IMG/VR virus record: IMGVR_UViG_3300022602_002120 | Coordinates: 1-64,000 of that record | Direction: 5' to 3' (one strand) | Origin: a virus | Length of the DNA stretch: 64,000 nucleotides | In this document: positions 18,903 through 28,541 of the stretch, one piece after another | Layout of the letters: each line of letters begins with the position of its first letter | Position numbering within the stretch: the first letter of the stretch is position 1 | The notes under the pieces: model-generated | What the model was told of the DNA's origin: nothing | The model's input: only the letters and a program-made list of their open reading frames with translations | Database searches by the model: none | Position numbers and translations under genes: made by a program

Positions 18903-19423
18903 TATGCTAGAATCATTCTCGAAACGTAAGGACTAGTTTGGGGACTATTACTAATACCTAATAGGCTAGTGCCCACGCGGTTAAGGTTAAGCAGCATAGT
19001 TAGATAAGCATCTAATTCAGTTACAAACGCAGGAGGAGTTGAAGGTCCTGGTTTAGCATAGTTTTTAGTACCTGTTGACCATGTACCTGTTTCAGGATCA
19101 AATACATAGTCATCCTGTGAACCTTGATTAGTTTCTTGACTATATTCACTAATAGGATTAGTTATATTTCGCTTATCGTTTAGAGCTTTTAATTGATCAA
19201 CAATAGTCATTGGATCTAGATTTTGTTGTAAAGCTGTGTAGATCACTGAGGCAGCTAAATTTCTACCAGTATCTGCATTGCCTGTAATACGCTGGAAGAA
19301 GGCCACTACAGCATCGTTAATCGATGGACTAGTACCCACAGCCGCATTATAAAAGTTATTGAAGTAATTTGTAGTACTTGGATTATTAGTGGTTTGACCA
19401 GGTAAATTTCCGTTGATAGCCAT
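18902..19423 (-). CDS. Hypothetical structural-region protein
   Basis: In-operon ORF with an overlapping junction. Confidence 0.7.
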   Translation of the reverse strand: MAINGNLPGQTTNNPSTTNYFNNFYNAAVGTSPSINDAVVAFFQRITGNADTGRNLAASVIYTALQQNLDPMTIVDQLKALNDKRNITNPISEYSQETNQGSQDDYVFDPETGTWSTGTKNYAKPGPSTPPAFVTELDAYLTMLLNLNRVGTSLLGISNSPQTSPYVSRMILA

Positions 19424-19424
19424 T

Positions 19425-20444
19425 TTATTGTCCTAGAAGATTTAGTACACCATTGCCGCCGCTAGCACGAGCAATACCTTGTTGTACTGTTGCGCTAGTC
19501 GGAGCAAACACAGGACTAAATGGATTTTGTCCTTTGAGGATACTATTACCTATATTGCTCAAATCAAGGGCAGGTGTTTGTTGAAGCTGTGTATTGCTGC
19601 CTGTAAAAATATTCATAGCATTAATACCATTTTGTACCGTTGCGCCAAGGTCCCCATTTTGAATACCAGAAATAACACCTTCTATAGATCCAATCGCGGC
19701 GCCAGCATTACGTAGTGGACTAGGTGTATTGTCGTAATGAACTTCATCAAAGCCCATTACTGTGCCGTTGCTTACTGGGCCAGTTTCGTATAATACAGAT
19801 TCAAATTGGACTGTCATTTGATGTTGCATCGGTGAATAATCACCTGCATCGTGCTGTCCATGAGCAAATGCGGTGATCATTGGTCTAATCAAGTAGTATG
19901 AACTAAAACGCTTTTGATGTAGACTATAAATTCTAATAGCATTGATGTAGGATTGATTACCATCATTAGCCTGTGGACTATAACCCCACATCTGCTGTTG
20001 ACGAGTTTTATATTTGCTATCGTAATTATATGTTTGTTCGTTACCTAAATAATCGCTGTCTCTGTAGTAATATGAAAAGTATTTTTGCCAAAACAATCTA
20101 ACTACATCGGCACTGTCATCATGAAAGGTAATATTAACAGGATCGTAGGTAACACGTTCTTGTTGTACCATCTTACGATTATAAGCATTATAGGTTTTAT
20201 TTTGTATAGTAAATTTAGGTAGTGTAACACTCTTAGCCATTAGACCAGTTTCTATCAAACTTAGTGTATCTGTACCTGCGATACTTTGATTTACATCAAT
20301 AAACACATGATACAGATTACCTATCTTAGGGCTTAATCTATATAAGCTGTCAACAAAGGTTCGTGCGCCATGTTGATAGTCCCTAACACTTTGGTTAGGT
20401 GCTATGCTTTGTAATAGTTCACCAAAAATATTGTTGCTAGACAT
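19425..20444 (-). CDS. Tail-tube-fold protein (gp19/gp48/gp54-like)
   Basis: AKSVTLPKFTI...YNRK...YDPVNITFHDD pattern; follows the tube gene; late promoter at 20463-20468. Confidence 0.7.
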   Translation of the reverse strand: MSSNNIFGELLQSIAPNQSVRDYQHGARTFVDSLYRLSPKIGNLYHVFIDVNQSIAGTDTLSLIETGLMAKSVTLPKFTIQNKTYNAYNRKMVQQERVTYDPVNITFHDDSADVVRLFWQKYFSYYYRDSDYLGNEQTYNYDSKYKTRQQQMWGYSPQANDGNQSYINAIRIYSLHQKRFSSYYLIRPMITAFAHGQHDAGDYSPMQHQMTVQFESVLYETGPVSNGTVMGFDEVHYDNTPSPLRNAGAAIGSIEGVISGIQNGDLGATVQNGINAMNIFTGSNTQLQQTPALDLSNIGNSILKGQNPFSPVFAPTSATVQQGIARASGGNGVLNLLGQ

Positions 20445-20473
20445 AATGTATCCTATATACATTATTTATCGTC

Positions 20474-20502
20474 AAAAAAAAGCCCAGAATTAACTGGGCC
20501 TT
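20474..20502 (-). terminator. Intrinsic terminator after the tail tube gene
   Basis: GCCCAG/CTGGGC stem followed by a T7 tract on the minus strand. Confidence 0.8.
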
Positions 20503-20524
20503 TATAATGTATTTTTCGTCTGGA

Positions 20525-21142
20525 TTAACCAGTGATTACTGTACCTAAAGTACGTGTTACTGAAGAACCAATGCCTGAACCTGTAGGTGTTTGTAATGCG
20601 TTATCATAACGGATTGTTAAGGCAATTTGAATAGGTGTATTTTCACCATAGTTAACATCGCCATAATCTGCTGTTGACAAGTAGCATCCATACAATTCCC
20701 AAGTTTCAAGAACGTTAGGTGTATTAGCACCATTACCACCATCAAGAATTTCAAGTAATGTTTGGAATTTGTAGTCAATACCAGAACTTGCTGATGCTTG
20801 TTCCATAAAGTCAAATTGTTTCTGCATTTGTTCGCCAACACGTTTAGAAACTTCACCACTTGCATCATCACGCAAGTTACATGTAACTTCAGCCCAGGTT
20901 GGTTTACCAGCTAGATACACACGACTATTGTAAATAGGTATTTCAATAGCGTCAAAGCTCACACTTGGACGTTTAAAGTCAACAACTTGTTTTGTTAGTT
21001 CTGTCGTTGGTTGTGTAACGCCAAAGTTTAGAAAAGTAACGCGGAAGCGGAACTTTAATTTTGGCATTAACAAACCTTGTGAACTAGCACTTTGGTCTGT
21101 TGATAACGGCACTGTAAAATTTGTTAATGATGATGTTGCCAT
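20525..21142 (-). CDS. gp19: Tail tube protein gp19
   Basis: PKLKFRFRV, YLAGKPTW.....LRDD, WELYGC, LTIRYDNA; follows the sheath gene. Confidence 0.85.
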   Translation of the reverse strand: MATSSLTNFTVPLSTDQSASSQGLLMPKLKFRFRVTFLNFGVTQPTTELTKQVVDFKRPSVSFDAIEIPIYNSRVYLAGKPTWAEVTCNLRDDASGEVSKRVGEQMQKQFDFMEQASASSGIDYKFQTLLEILDGGNGANTPNVLETWELYGCYLSTADYGDVNYGENTPIQIALTIRYDNALQTPTGSGIGSSVTRTLGTVITG

Positions 21143-21196
21143 CTTTTCTTCCTTTTAATACTTCTTTATAGTATTTATTATTTTTTCACTTACAAT

Positions 21197-21218
21197 ATGG
21201 GAGAGTCACCTCTCCCAT
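21197..21218. promoter_or_regulatory. Hairpin between sheath and tube genes
   Basis: ATGGGAGAG-TCAC-CTCTCCCAT, a 9-bp stem with no clear U tract. Confidence 0.5.
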
Positions 21219-21230
21219 TATGTACGTATA

Positions 21231-24200
21231 TTACTGAATTGTTAAAGCTGCGCCAGTGTTTTGTAAACGTACTGGAATGTAAATAAACTCAATTGCTTTA
21301 ACTGGTTGTATAGCAATATCAACCCACAACTCATTAGCATCAATACGTGCCGGAGTGTTGTTTGTTGTATCACAAACTACCAAGTAGTCATAGATACCAC
21401 GTTTAGCAACTAAATCATTGAACACAGCGTTAAATGCTGCTTGAACTTGGTTGCGTGTAATAGTATCATTTGGTTCAAAGATGAACGGTTGAGCAACTTT
21501 GTTAAGTACTGTACGTAAGTAAACTACTAAACGAGCTACGTTAATACGATCTAATGCACTTGATTGCGAAGCACGTGTTTTTTGACCGTATGCAACTAAA
21601 CCTACGCCCGGTAACACTGTTAATGGATTAACATTGTTTGCGTAAAGTACATCACGTAGACCGTTTGTTACACCAATACTTGTGTATACATTGTTGTTTG
21701 TGCGATCAACATAACCAATTGAGCTTACATTGTCAATTAAACCACGACGTACACCAGCTGGTGCAAACCATGGATAACTTACAGCGTCACTACGGATCAA
21801 TGTACGTAGCATCATATGGCTTGGTGGAACAACTACACTGTTACCATCTAAGTTAGTAGCTAAACCGCTTGGATAGTAAACACCTAAGTATTCACTATGG
21901 CTTACTAAACCAGTTTCACCATTGTCTGCTGCAAGAGCTTCGTTGTCTGACCAGTTGTTTAATGTTGTGCTGTCTGCCGGTAAGTCAATTGGGCTATCAC
22001 CGATAATGAACGCTGTATCTAAACGATCATTATTTAGAGTGATCATGTCGCCAATTAATTCTGTGTAACCAGGAGCACAAATTAAGTTAAATGCTGTTTG
22101 TTCTTCACGTAGTGTTGTGCTTGAAGCAATAGCTGATTTCAATGCTTTTACAACTACTGAACGTTGTGCTTTGTAGCCAAAGTATGGAACGCCTGTGGTT
22201 GGATCATCACCACTGTGTGTTACCCAAGCATTTTGTACTGTACCACCAGTAACAGCTAATTGAGCTGTTGTGAAGTAGTCAGGGTTAAATTGTTTAACAT
22301 TGTAACCTGAACGGCGTGTGTTAAACAACAATGTACCACGAGCGTATAATTGGTATTCTGGAGCATCTGGATCTAAATAATCACTTGTTAACAAGCTAGC
22401 TGTTGTTGGCAAGTCGGCTGTAATTGGATCTACATCACCTGTTGCTGACCAACGTGCATCTGCAAATAAGATACCACTTGCATCAACGCTATCTGCATTG
22501 TCAATTAGATCCCATGTAGCACCGTTATAACGATATAGTACAGGGAAGTTAGCTAAATTGCCACTGTTAATCCACAAATCGCCCGGAACCACTGGCGTAA
22601 CACCATCGCTTTGTGTTGTTGGTTGACTTGCAGCAATAATTACACCATTAGGGTCAGTTGCTGTTAGTGTATAACCACGAGCATCTGTACCTACGTTACG
22701 GTAACCTCTCCAAGCACTACCATCGTGAATCATGATATCTACTTGTGTTGGATCACTAAAGTACCATAATGCACCTTGACTTGGATTACTGTATGGTGCT
22801 GTAGCTCCATAGAAGTAAGTCAATGCTGTCCACGGACTTGCTAGGTATACTGTACCTGCTGAAATTACTTGTACATGTGAGTCTGTAAATAGACCTGCTG
22901 TAGCAAGTGGAGTACCTACCAATTGCGTCATTTGTATTGTACCGCCAGCTAAGTGACTAATAAAGATCTCACCGCTTGAGTTAAAGCCTGCTGTGATGTT
23001 TGGTAAGTTAGCACCTAAAATACCGCCAACCATACTAGCTGCTGTGTTTGCATTTAATGTAACTGTAGCTGTACGCAATGTTGCAGAACCCGGTACGCTA
23101 ACAGCTAGGCTAAAGCTATCATTTTGGTGATATGAACCAGCTGCACCCGATACTGTACCTGTAATAGTTACTACACCTGATACTGTTTTAATATAAGGTT
23201 TAAATGTACCAGTAGTTGTACTTAAGGTGTCGTATTTAACATAGATAGAACCTGCCGCTAGACCTGCACCGCCACCTACTGGGTCTAAACCGTAGATTGC
23301 AGCCGCATCGCTTGAATATAAAGGAGCAGCCAATTGGTTCCATGAATCTAAGCTAGCACTGTATTCTTTAATAGCCCAGCTTGCGCCGTTACCAGTTGCT
23401 GATGTTTTAAACCAAATACTACCGTTTGGACGGGTATTTGTGTCTGATTCGCGCCATGCTGGTGGGTTAGTGTAGTCACTAAATTGTACAGCAGGACCAT
23501 TGTATGTATAAATGTTACCACTACCTGTAATTGAAATAGCTAGGTTTGCATCTAATAAACCTGCGCTAGATGCAGCATCGATAGCATTGATAGCTGTACC
23601 TTTAATAATTTGTAGTGTATCTGGTGTCGATGTAGCTGTGTCGATAGTACCACGAACGTTACCAGCTGCATTACTATAAATGATTGTATTACTGTTAACA
23701 AAAATTTCAACTTGTGGGTTAGATGAATTAGTAACGTTAGCTGTTACACCTTTAATTGTAGCTGCATTAATAGCTGTAGCCACTGCAGATGCTGTTGTAC
23801 CCGAAACTGTAACTGTGTTACCGTTAATAACTAGTTTACTACCACTGGTAATTGTTGGACTAGCAACACTACCTGTAATTGTTGAAACTACTGATCTCCA
23901 ACCATCACTACCTACTAGATACCAGTTATTATCATAACCTTTGTAGTAGATTGGATTGCTTGAACTTGTAGCAACTACAGCGTAGTCGCCAATCGCACCG
24001 AATGTGCTTAAAGGCACACCTGCGTTTAGATATGTTGGATCTGTAATTACTGTGATACTACCTTGTTGATTTGTGAAACCATCTTCTTGATCCCATTCAA
24101 ACACGCCCCAGTTAGTTGCGCTAGTATCTGTGTCTAACCAATAGGTACCATCAACTGGTGTACCAGTTGGACGAGTACTTGTACCTGCTAGTTCTGCTAA

Positions 24201-24545
24201 GTTAACGTTAGCACGTTGAATGTAAATTTGGTTTGTTACGCCTAATGCTGAGTAAGCAGCTAATAAGCCATACTCGTTAAGTTGACTATCATTAACTGGA
24301 TTACCTGATGCGTCAAGCTCAAAATTAGGACTACCAAAAATGTTAACCAAGTCACGTTGACTGGTAACTGTAATAATTTTTTCTGCATTAGCAATAGTTG
24401 TTCCTGTCGCTAGCGAATTGCTAGGAGTCATTTTATCTTGCGCGGTTGCAAGTAAAATAAATGGAACAGTACCAGCTTGTGTAGACGTATATTGGCTTTC
24501 ATCAATTATGGTAACTGATACGCCAGGTGAAGTTAATGCTGCCAT
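21231..24545 (-). CDS. gp18: Tail sheath protein gp18, enlarged (1104 aa)
   Basis: SPGVSVTIIDES; C-terminal VPPS, PWFAPAG..RG, YGQKT, ALDRINVARL, FEPND, IQPVKAIEFIYI. Confidence 0.96.
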   Translation of the reverse strand: MAALTSPGVSVTIIDESQYTSTQAGTVPFILLATAQDKMTPSNSLATGTTIANAEKIITVTSQRDLVNIFGSPNFELDASGNPVNDSQLNEYGLLAAYSALGVTNQIYIQRANVNLAELAGTSTRPTGTPVDGTYWLDTDTSATNWGVFEWDQEDGFTNQQGSITVITDPTYLNAGVPLSTFGAIGDYAVVATSSSNPIYYKGYDNNWYLVGSDGWRSVVSTITGSVASPTITSGSKLVINGNTVTVSGTTASAVATAINAATIKGVTANVTNSSNPQVEIFVNSNTIIYSNAAGNVRGTIDTATSTPDTLQIIKGTAINAIDAASSAGLLDANLAISITGSGNIYTYNGPAVQFSDYTNPPAWRESDTNTRPNGSIWFKTSATGNGASWAIKEYSASLDSWNQLAAPLYSSDAAAIYGLDPVGGGAGLAAGSIYVKYDTLSTTTGTFKPYIKTVSGVVTITGTVSGAAGSYHQNDSFSLAVSVPGSATLRTATVTLNANTAASMVGGILGANLPNITAGFNSSGEIFISHLAGGTIQMTQLVGTPLATAGLFTDSHVQVISAGTVYLASPWTALTYFYGATAPYSNPSQGALWYFSDPTQVDIMIHDGSAWRGYRNVGTDARGYTLTATDPNGVIIAASQPTTQSDGVTPVVPGDLWINSGNLANFPVLYRYNGATWDLIDNADSVDASGILFADARWSATGDVDPITADLPTTASLLTSDYLDPDAPEYQLYARGTLLFNTRRSGYNVKQFNPDYFTTAQLAVTGGTVQNAWVTHSGDDPTTGVPYFGYKAQRSVVVKALKSAIASSTTLREEQTAFNLICAPGYTELIGDMITLNNDRLDTAFIIGDSPIDLPADSTTLNNWSDNEALAADNGETGLVSHSEYLGVYYPSGLATNLDGNSVVVPPSHMMLRTLIRSDAVSYPWFAPAGVRRGLIDNVSSIGYVDRTNNNVYTSIGVTNGLRDVLYANNVNPLTVLPGVGLVAYGQKTRASQSSALDRINVARLVVYLRTVLNKVAQPFIFEPNDTITRNQVQAAFNAVFNDLVAKRGIYDYLVVCDTTNNTPARIDANELWVDIAIQPVKAIEFIYIPVRLQNTGAALTIQ

Positions 24546-24650
24546 GTTAAGTATTCCTTTATGAATGTTACTACTTTAAACTATTTATAATTTTTTGGTT
24601 AAATTAGTGGTATAAGGTGCCCTTTTAAAGGTTCACCCATAAATACTAGT

Positions 24651-25001
24651 ATGGAATACAGAAAATTATGTCAGATTTGTGGTAAAAAACCCTGTGCAGT
24701 CAACTATAAGCTATGGGACAAGACTTATTATAGAAGTCGATGTGACAGTTGTATCCGTAAAAAGAAGAAATTACCTATACCTATCCCAAGTTGGCATAAG
24801 GCAGGCTACAAAAAGAAACCACACTGTGAAAAGTGTGGCTTTAAGGCAAAGTATAAAGATCAGCTATTTGTCTATTACATCGATGGTGATCTAAACAATA
24901 ACGAGCATAGTAATCTGCGTACCATATGCTCTAACTGTCAGTATGAAGTTGCTCATGAAGGACTAGGCTGGCGTCAAGGGGACTTGGTCCCTGATTTTTA
25001 A
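24651..25001 (+). CDS. Zinc-finger/HNH-like protein with a degenerate active site
   Basis: Four CxxC pairs; YYIDGDLNNNEHSNLRTICSNCQ; late promoter TAAATA at 24640-24645. Confidence 0.8.
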   Translation: MEYRKLCQICGKKPCAVNYKLWDKTYYRSRCDSCIRKKKKLPIPIPSWHKAGYKKKPHCEKCGFKAKYKDQLFVYYIDGDLNNNEHSNLRTICSNCQYEVAHEGLGWRQGDLVPDF

Positions 25002-25625
25002 CAGTTGTTCTACTTGTTCGTACAAGTCCTCAATAGTACTATCGTTAGTAATAATCTTATCGAACTTGCTACCAACCCAACTATACTCGCTGGCATGAAC
25101 GCCCGCTTCGTCTAGGTGATGCTTGCCAATTGCCCAGCCGATGTACTTTTGACCTTTGTTGTAGTTTTTAGCATGTTCATACCATTCAGGTTCCGGACCG
25201 CGTTTAACTCTAAGTACCTTAGCACCAATGTTCTTAAGTGCTTTGATTTCATTTGGAAAGCGACAGTCGGTGATAACGATGTCATCTTTGCTGTTCATCA
25301 AGCGGTTTTCTAAGCTAGCTACCCACATGTCGTCATGGAAGCCTTTACGCACTACTTCTGTGCCCCAATACTGTAGGACCCAGCGTGGTGTGATGTCTTG
25401 CTTTAGTCGTTTGCTCCACCATTCATCTTTAGTTTCGCGCCATTCGCGGCTTTGCTTAGTACGACCTTCTAATAGTTCGCGGTCCCAACCAAACACTACG
25501 CTCACAGCATCTTTAAGGCTGTTGGCGAAACTTTCTCTTTTGTAACCGTGGAAATTAACTAGATAATCAGCAATGGTGTCCTTGCCAGAACCCATAAAGC
25601 CGCAGATGGCGATGATAGAACTCAT
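24963..25625 (-). CDS. gp1: Deoxynucleoside monophosphate kinase (T4 gp1-like)
   Basis: GFMGSGKDT P-loop, SFANSLKD, TPRWVLQYWGTE, ITDCRFPNE. Confidence 0.93.
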   Translation of the reverse strand: MSSIIAICGFMGSGKDTIADYLVNFHGYKRESFANSLKDAVSVVFGWDRELLEGRTKQSREWRETKDEWWSKRLKQDITPRWVLQYWGTEVVRKGFHDDMWVASLENRLMNSKDDIVITDCRFPNEIKALKNIGAKVLRVKRGPEPEWYEHAKNYNKGQKYIGWAIGKHHLDEAGVHASEYSWVGSKFDKIITNDSTIEDLYEQVEQLLKIRDQVPLTPA

Positions 25626-25686
25626 GAAAACTCCTAATTGATATACTATTGTATTACAGTTAGATTACTATGTCTAGATATTTTGG

Positions 25687-26604
25687 TTAGCCAGTTATCC
25701 AAGTCAATGGTTGGCCGCCATCTACAAAGTTTTTAATTTGTTCATCTAACTCTTTAAGTAATTCCATACCTTCTTGTTTTAATGCAGCACCATTAAGGCT
25801 AGTACCGCCTTGTGGGCCAGCAATACTTTGGAATTTTTCACGTGCTTGACCTATGCTTAGAATAGTTAGAGCATAAGCATAGTCTTGGATCCATGGAAAT
25901 ACCTGAGGATCGTTTAATAACATAATATCGGGTTTGTAATTGTATACGTGTAGCATTACTGTTTCAGCAATTGTATTTGCAGCGCCTGTGCCGCCAAATG
26001 GTTGTTTACGAACTAGAGTAAGCTTCTTGGTAACTTTATTCCAGTAAAAGTTCATAAACCCACCAAACATCTTCATTGCTAGCTTTTGATAGTCAACAAA
26101 TAGTTCATAGTTAGTTAAACCACCAACACGACCAGCTACTAACATATAAGTGTTTAAGTAGCCTGATGCAAATGGTTCAAATTGACTGGCTGTTGTACCT
26201 GTAACTGATCCGATACCACGACGATAAATCTGTTTAACATCTGTAATATAGTTAGGTAGAATGTATTCTTGTGTTTCAGGATAGATATCTAAGAACGCAT
26301 AGCTTTCTTCTACAGCATTCGAACTCTTTTGACGATAGCGGATAAATGCCTGCTTGATACCCATGTCGAAGTGTTCTTTGTCCGCTTCAACATCAATCAT
26401 ACCATAACCTAATCGTAGACGAATATAGTCAACGATGTCGTTTTGTAGACTTGATACTGTGGTTAATTGTGCTTGTAGATTAGCATCAAACGCAATATGA
26501 CCTGCGCCTGTACCAGTATTGGCACTAAAAAGACTGTCTGTTACAAGACTACCATTGGCCGTTAGGTCCGTGGTAGCTGAAATTTGTGCTGGTATTAAAG
26601 ACAT
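25687..26604 (-). CDS. gp13: Neck protein gp13
   Basis: IVDYIRLRLG...DVE, WIQDYAYAL, KF....GPQGGTSLNG; late promoter at 26626-26631. Confidence 0.85.
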   Translation of the reverse strand: MSLIPAQISATTDLTANGSLVTDSLFSANTGTGAGHIAFDANLQAQLTTVSSLQNDIVDYIRLRLGYGMIDVEADKEHFDMGIKQAFIRYRQKSSNAVEESYAFLDIYPETQEYILPNYITDVKQIYRRGIGSVTGTTASQFEPFASGYLNTYMLVAGRVGGLTNYELFVDYQKLAMKMFGGFMNFYWNKVTKKLTLVRKQPFGGTGAANTIAETVMLHVYNYKPDIMLLNDPQVFPWIQDYAYALTILSIGQAREKFQSIAGPQGGTSLNGAALKQEGMELLKELDEQIKNFVDGGQPLTWITG

Positions 26605-26656
26605 TTAAATTATCCTGTTGTCAAGTATTTATCGTCAACAACAGGATAATTTTTGT

Positions 26657-27865
26657 TTATGCTACTTTAAGTAAGATTGTGTCTTCGTTGATACGTCCGT
26701 TAAGTTTAACTTCTGTAGTTTTAATATTTTCTAAAAACTTACGCAATTCAACTTTACTGGCAGCCATGAACTCTTTTAATTGTACTTCGGGTTTACGAAT
26801 AGTTTTTTGTGTGCTTTTGATATCATTGTATCCTGTAATAGTAGTGCCTTTAACATTTAACGCACCACCCATTTCTTCAGCAACATAACGACCAAGTTTA
26901 CGTGTTTTAACATTGTAAACCCACAATACCTGTGCGCCAATAATGTCTACAGGACTAACACTCACTAATTTAAGTGTAGTATCATTCTTTAGATATTTAA
27001 GTTTGGCAACAAGTTTTTCTTTTTGCGGAGGTTTACGTACACTTGCTTTTTTAGTTGCCCGTTTAACCTGTCCATATTGAGCGAACCCATCAAACAATGC
27101 TGTATAGAAAGCTTCTAAACGTTTGTAGTCAGCTGTTTTAAGGTGTGCGTAAGCATCGACTGTGTCTTCATCTTTGCTGGTTTTTGCCGCTAGGAACTCT
27201 GCGCGACTACGTTCAAACGGTGCTAAGATTCTAGCTAGTGTTGCTGGTGCTACACTCTTAGCCAACAAATACTCGTATGCTTTAGGGTCAACTGTCTTGC
27301 CTGCAAACAATTGATCTTCTAGCTCTAAGAAATGTAGTTGGTGCTTGTCTGCTATTGCGTTCATACGATCTTGTATTGTAGGTACCTTTACGTCAATCTT
27401 AGGGGCCTTTGCATCAGCTTTTACTGATTCATCATCTTCGGCAAGTTCTTCCTGTAGTTTGATAACTTTCTTCACAGTGTCTAACAAGTATTCTACATGA
27501 CGATCACGTAACGGCATACCTTGTGTATGTGCTTTAATAATAGCGCAGGCTGTAAGTGGAGTTAGGCCATCTTTGGTTTTAGCATAGTAATCAATAGTTG
27601 CTTTGTCTAAGTGATGATATTCGCTATCTTTACCTGTGTGTTCACGCAACCAAGCTACAAAATATTTCTTTAGGTCTTTAACACCGTAGAAATAATTATA
27701 GTAGCGCATAGCTTTACGAAATTGATGATCAAATTCTTCGTCTGTAAACTCTAAGGCACGATCGTGATCCCAAATTACTTCACTACCTGTATACTTTTCA
27801 TCTAAGAAAATAGGATCTTTAGTTACTTTAGCTTTCTTCTTTGCACCATCAATTTTAATTGCCAT
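26657..27865 (-). CDS. Hypothetical protein (402 aa)
   Basis: Long ORF with SD; last gene of a sigma70-driven operon. Confidence 0.85.
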   Translation of the reverse strand: MAIKIDGAKKKAKVTKDPIFLDEKYTGSEVIWDHDRALEFTDEEFDHQFRKAMRYYNYFYGVKDLKKYFVAWLREHTGKDSEYHHLDKATIDYYAKTKDGLTPLTACAIIKAHTQGMPLRDRHVEYLLDTVKKVIKLQEELAEDDESVKADAKAPKIDVKVPTIQDRMNAIADKHQLHFLELEDQLFAGKTVDPKAYEYLLAKSVAPATLARILAPFERSRAEFLAAKTSKDEDTVDAYAHLKTADYKRLEAFYTALFDGFAQYGQVKRATKKASVRKPPQKEKLVAKLKYLKNDTTLKLVSVSPVDIIGAQVLWVYNVKTRKLGRYVAEEMGGALNVKGTTITGYNDIKSTQKTIRKPEVQLKEFMAASKVELRKFLENIKTTEVKLNGRINEDTILLKVA

Positions 27866-28028
27866 TAGTCATTTCCCTTTCTAACTCACGTTTAACCATT
27901 TTGTATGCTGTCTTATCGTATATATCCAAGTCATCCCATTCACTATTCATTTGTGTTAGAGCTTTCCATAGATCACGATTGTAAAATTGTACCGCTGAGT
28001 ACGCTTCTTCTATAGTCATAATTAGCAT
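27855..28028 (-). CDS. Small hypothetical protein (57 aa, MLIMTIEEAYSAVQFYNRDLW...)
   Basis: Below the ORF-track cutoff; found by manual translation; overlaps both neighbours. Confidence 0.55.
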   Translation of the reverse strand: MLIMTIEEAYSAVQFYNRDLWKALTQMNSEWDDLDIYDKTAYKMVKRELEREMTNGN

Positions 28029-28201
28029 TATTTTTGTAGTGTGTATTTAATTAAAATATTTTTTGCTTCTGTAACATCAGTAATAGGTTCTAACTTATCT
28101 AATGTAATTAGTTCATTATGTAGATTAATAGTACGTTGTGCTTGATATAATCTATTATATTTTCCGTCTGGATAAGACGGTTGTGTCCAAGAGTGTTTCA
28201 T
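28028..28201 (-). CDS. Small hypothetical protein (57 aa, MKHSWTQPSYPDGKYNRLY...)
   Basis: Manual translation; TAATG coupling to the next ORF. Confidence 0.55.
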   Translation of the reverse strand: MKHSWTQPSYPDGKYNRLYQAQRTINLHNELITLDKLEPITDVTEAKNILIKYTLQK

Positions 28202-28203
28202 TT

Positions 28204-28473
28204 TTATCCCGCAAGTAATACAGCAAATGTCATCATACGTTCATAGTTTGCTATCTCTTCATTGACTTTGTCAACCAGTTCTTTATGTAATCTGGTCTGC
28301 TTACCCAATCTGCGGCAGTTAATTTCTTCTTTGCTTACGTCTTTAACCATAAGTCCAATATTATGACTAATATTCCACATTTCGTGGCTGTATCGCTTCA
28401 TACTACGTATTGGCGCTTCTATGCGTTGCTGTACTATAGCCCAATCCATACTTGTTTGTATCTTATTTTCCAT
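28204..28473 (-). CDS. Hypothetical early protein (89 aa)
   Basis: First ORF after a consensus sigma70 promoter. Confidence 0.7.
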   Translation of the reverse strand: MENKIQTSMDWAIVQQRIEAPIRSMKRYSHEMWNISHNIGLMVKDVSKEEINCRRLGKQTRLHKELVDKVNEEIANYERMMTFAVLLAG

Positions 28474-28479
28474 TTTTGT

Positions 28480-28508
28480 ATTATACTATCTATTTCTCTA
28501 GATGTCAA
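28480..28508 (-). promoter_or_regulatory. Consensus sigma70 (early) promoter TTGACA-17-TATAAT
   Basis: tgtcaa at 28503-28508, attata at 28480-28485. Confidence 0.85.
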
Positions 28509-28541
28509 TCAACGATAAATACTAGATAATAGGATTACGTA

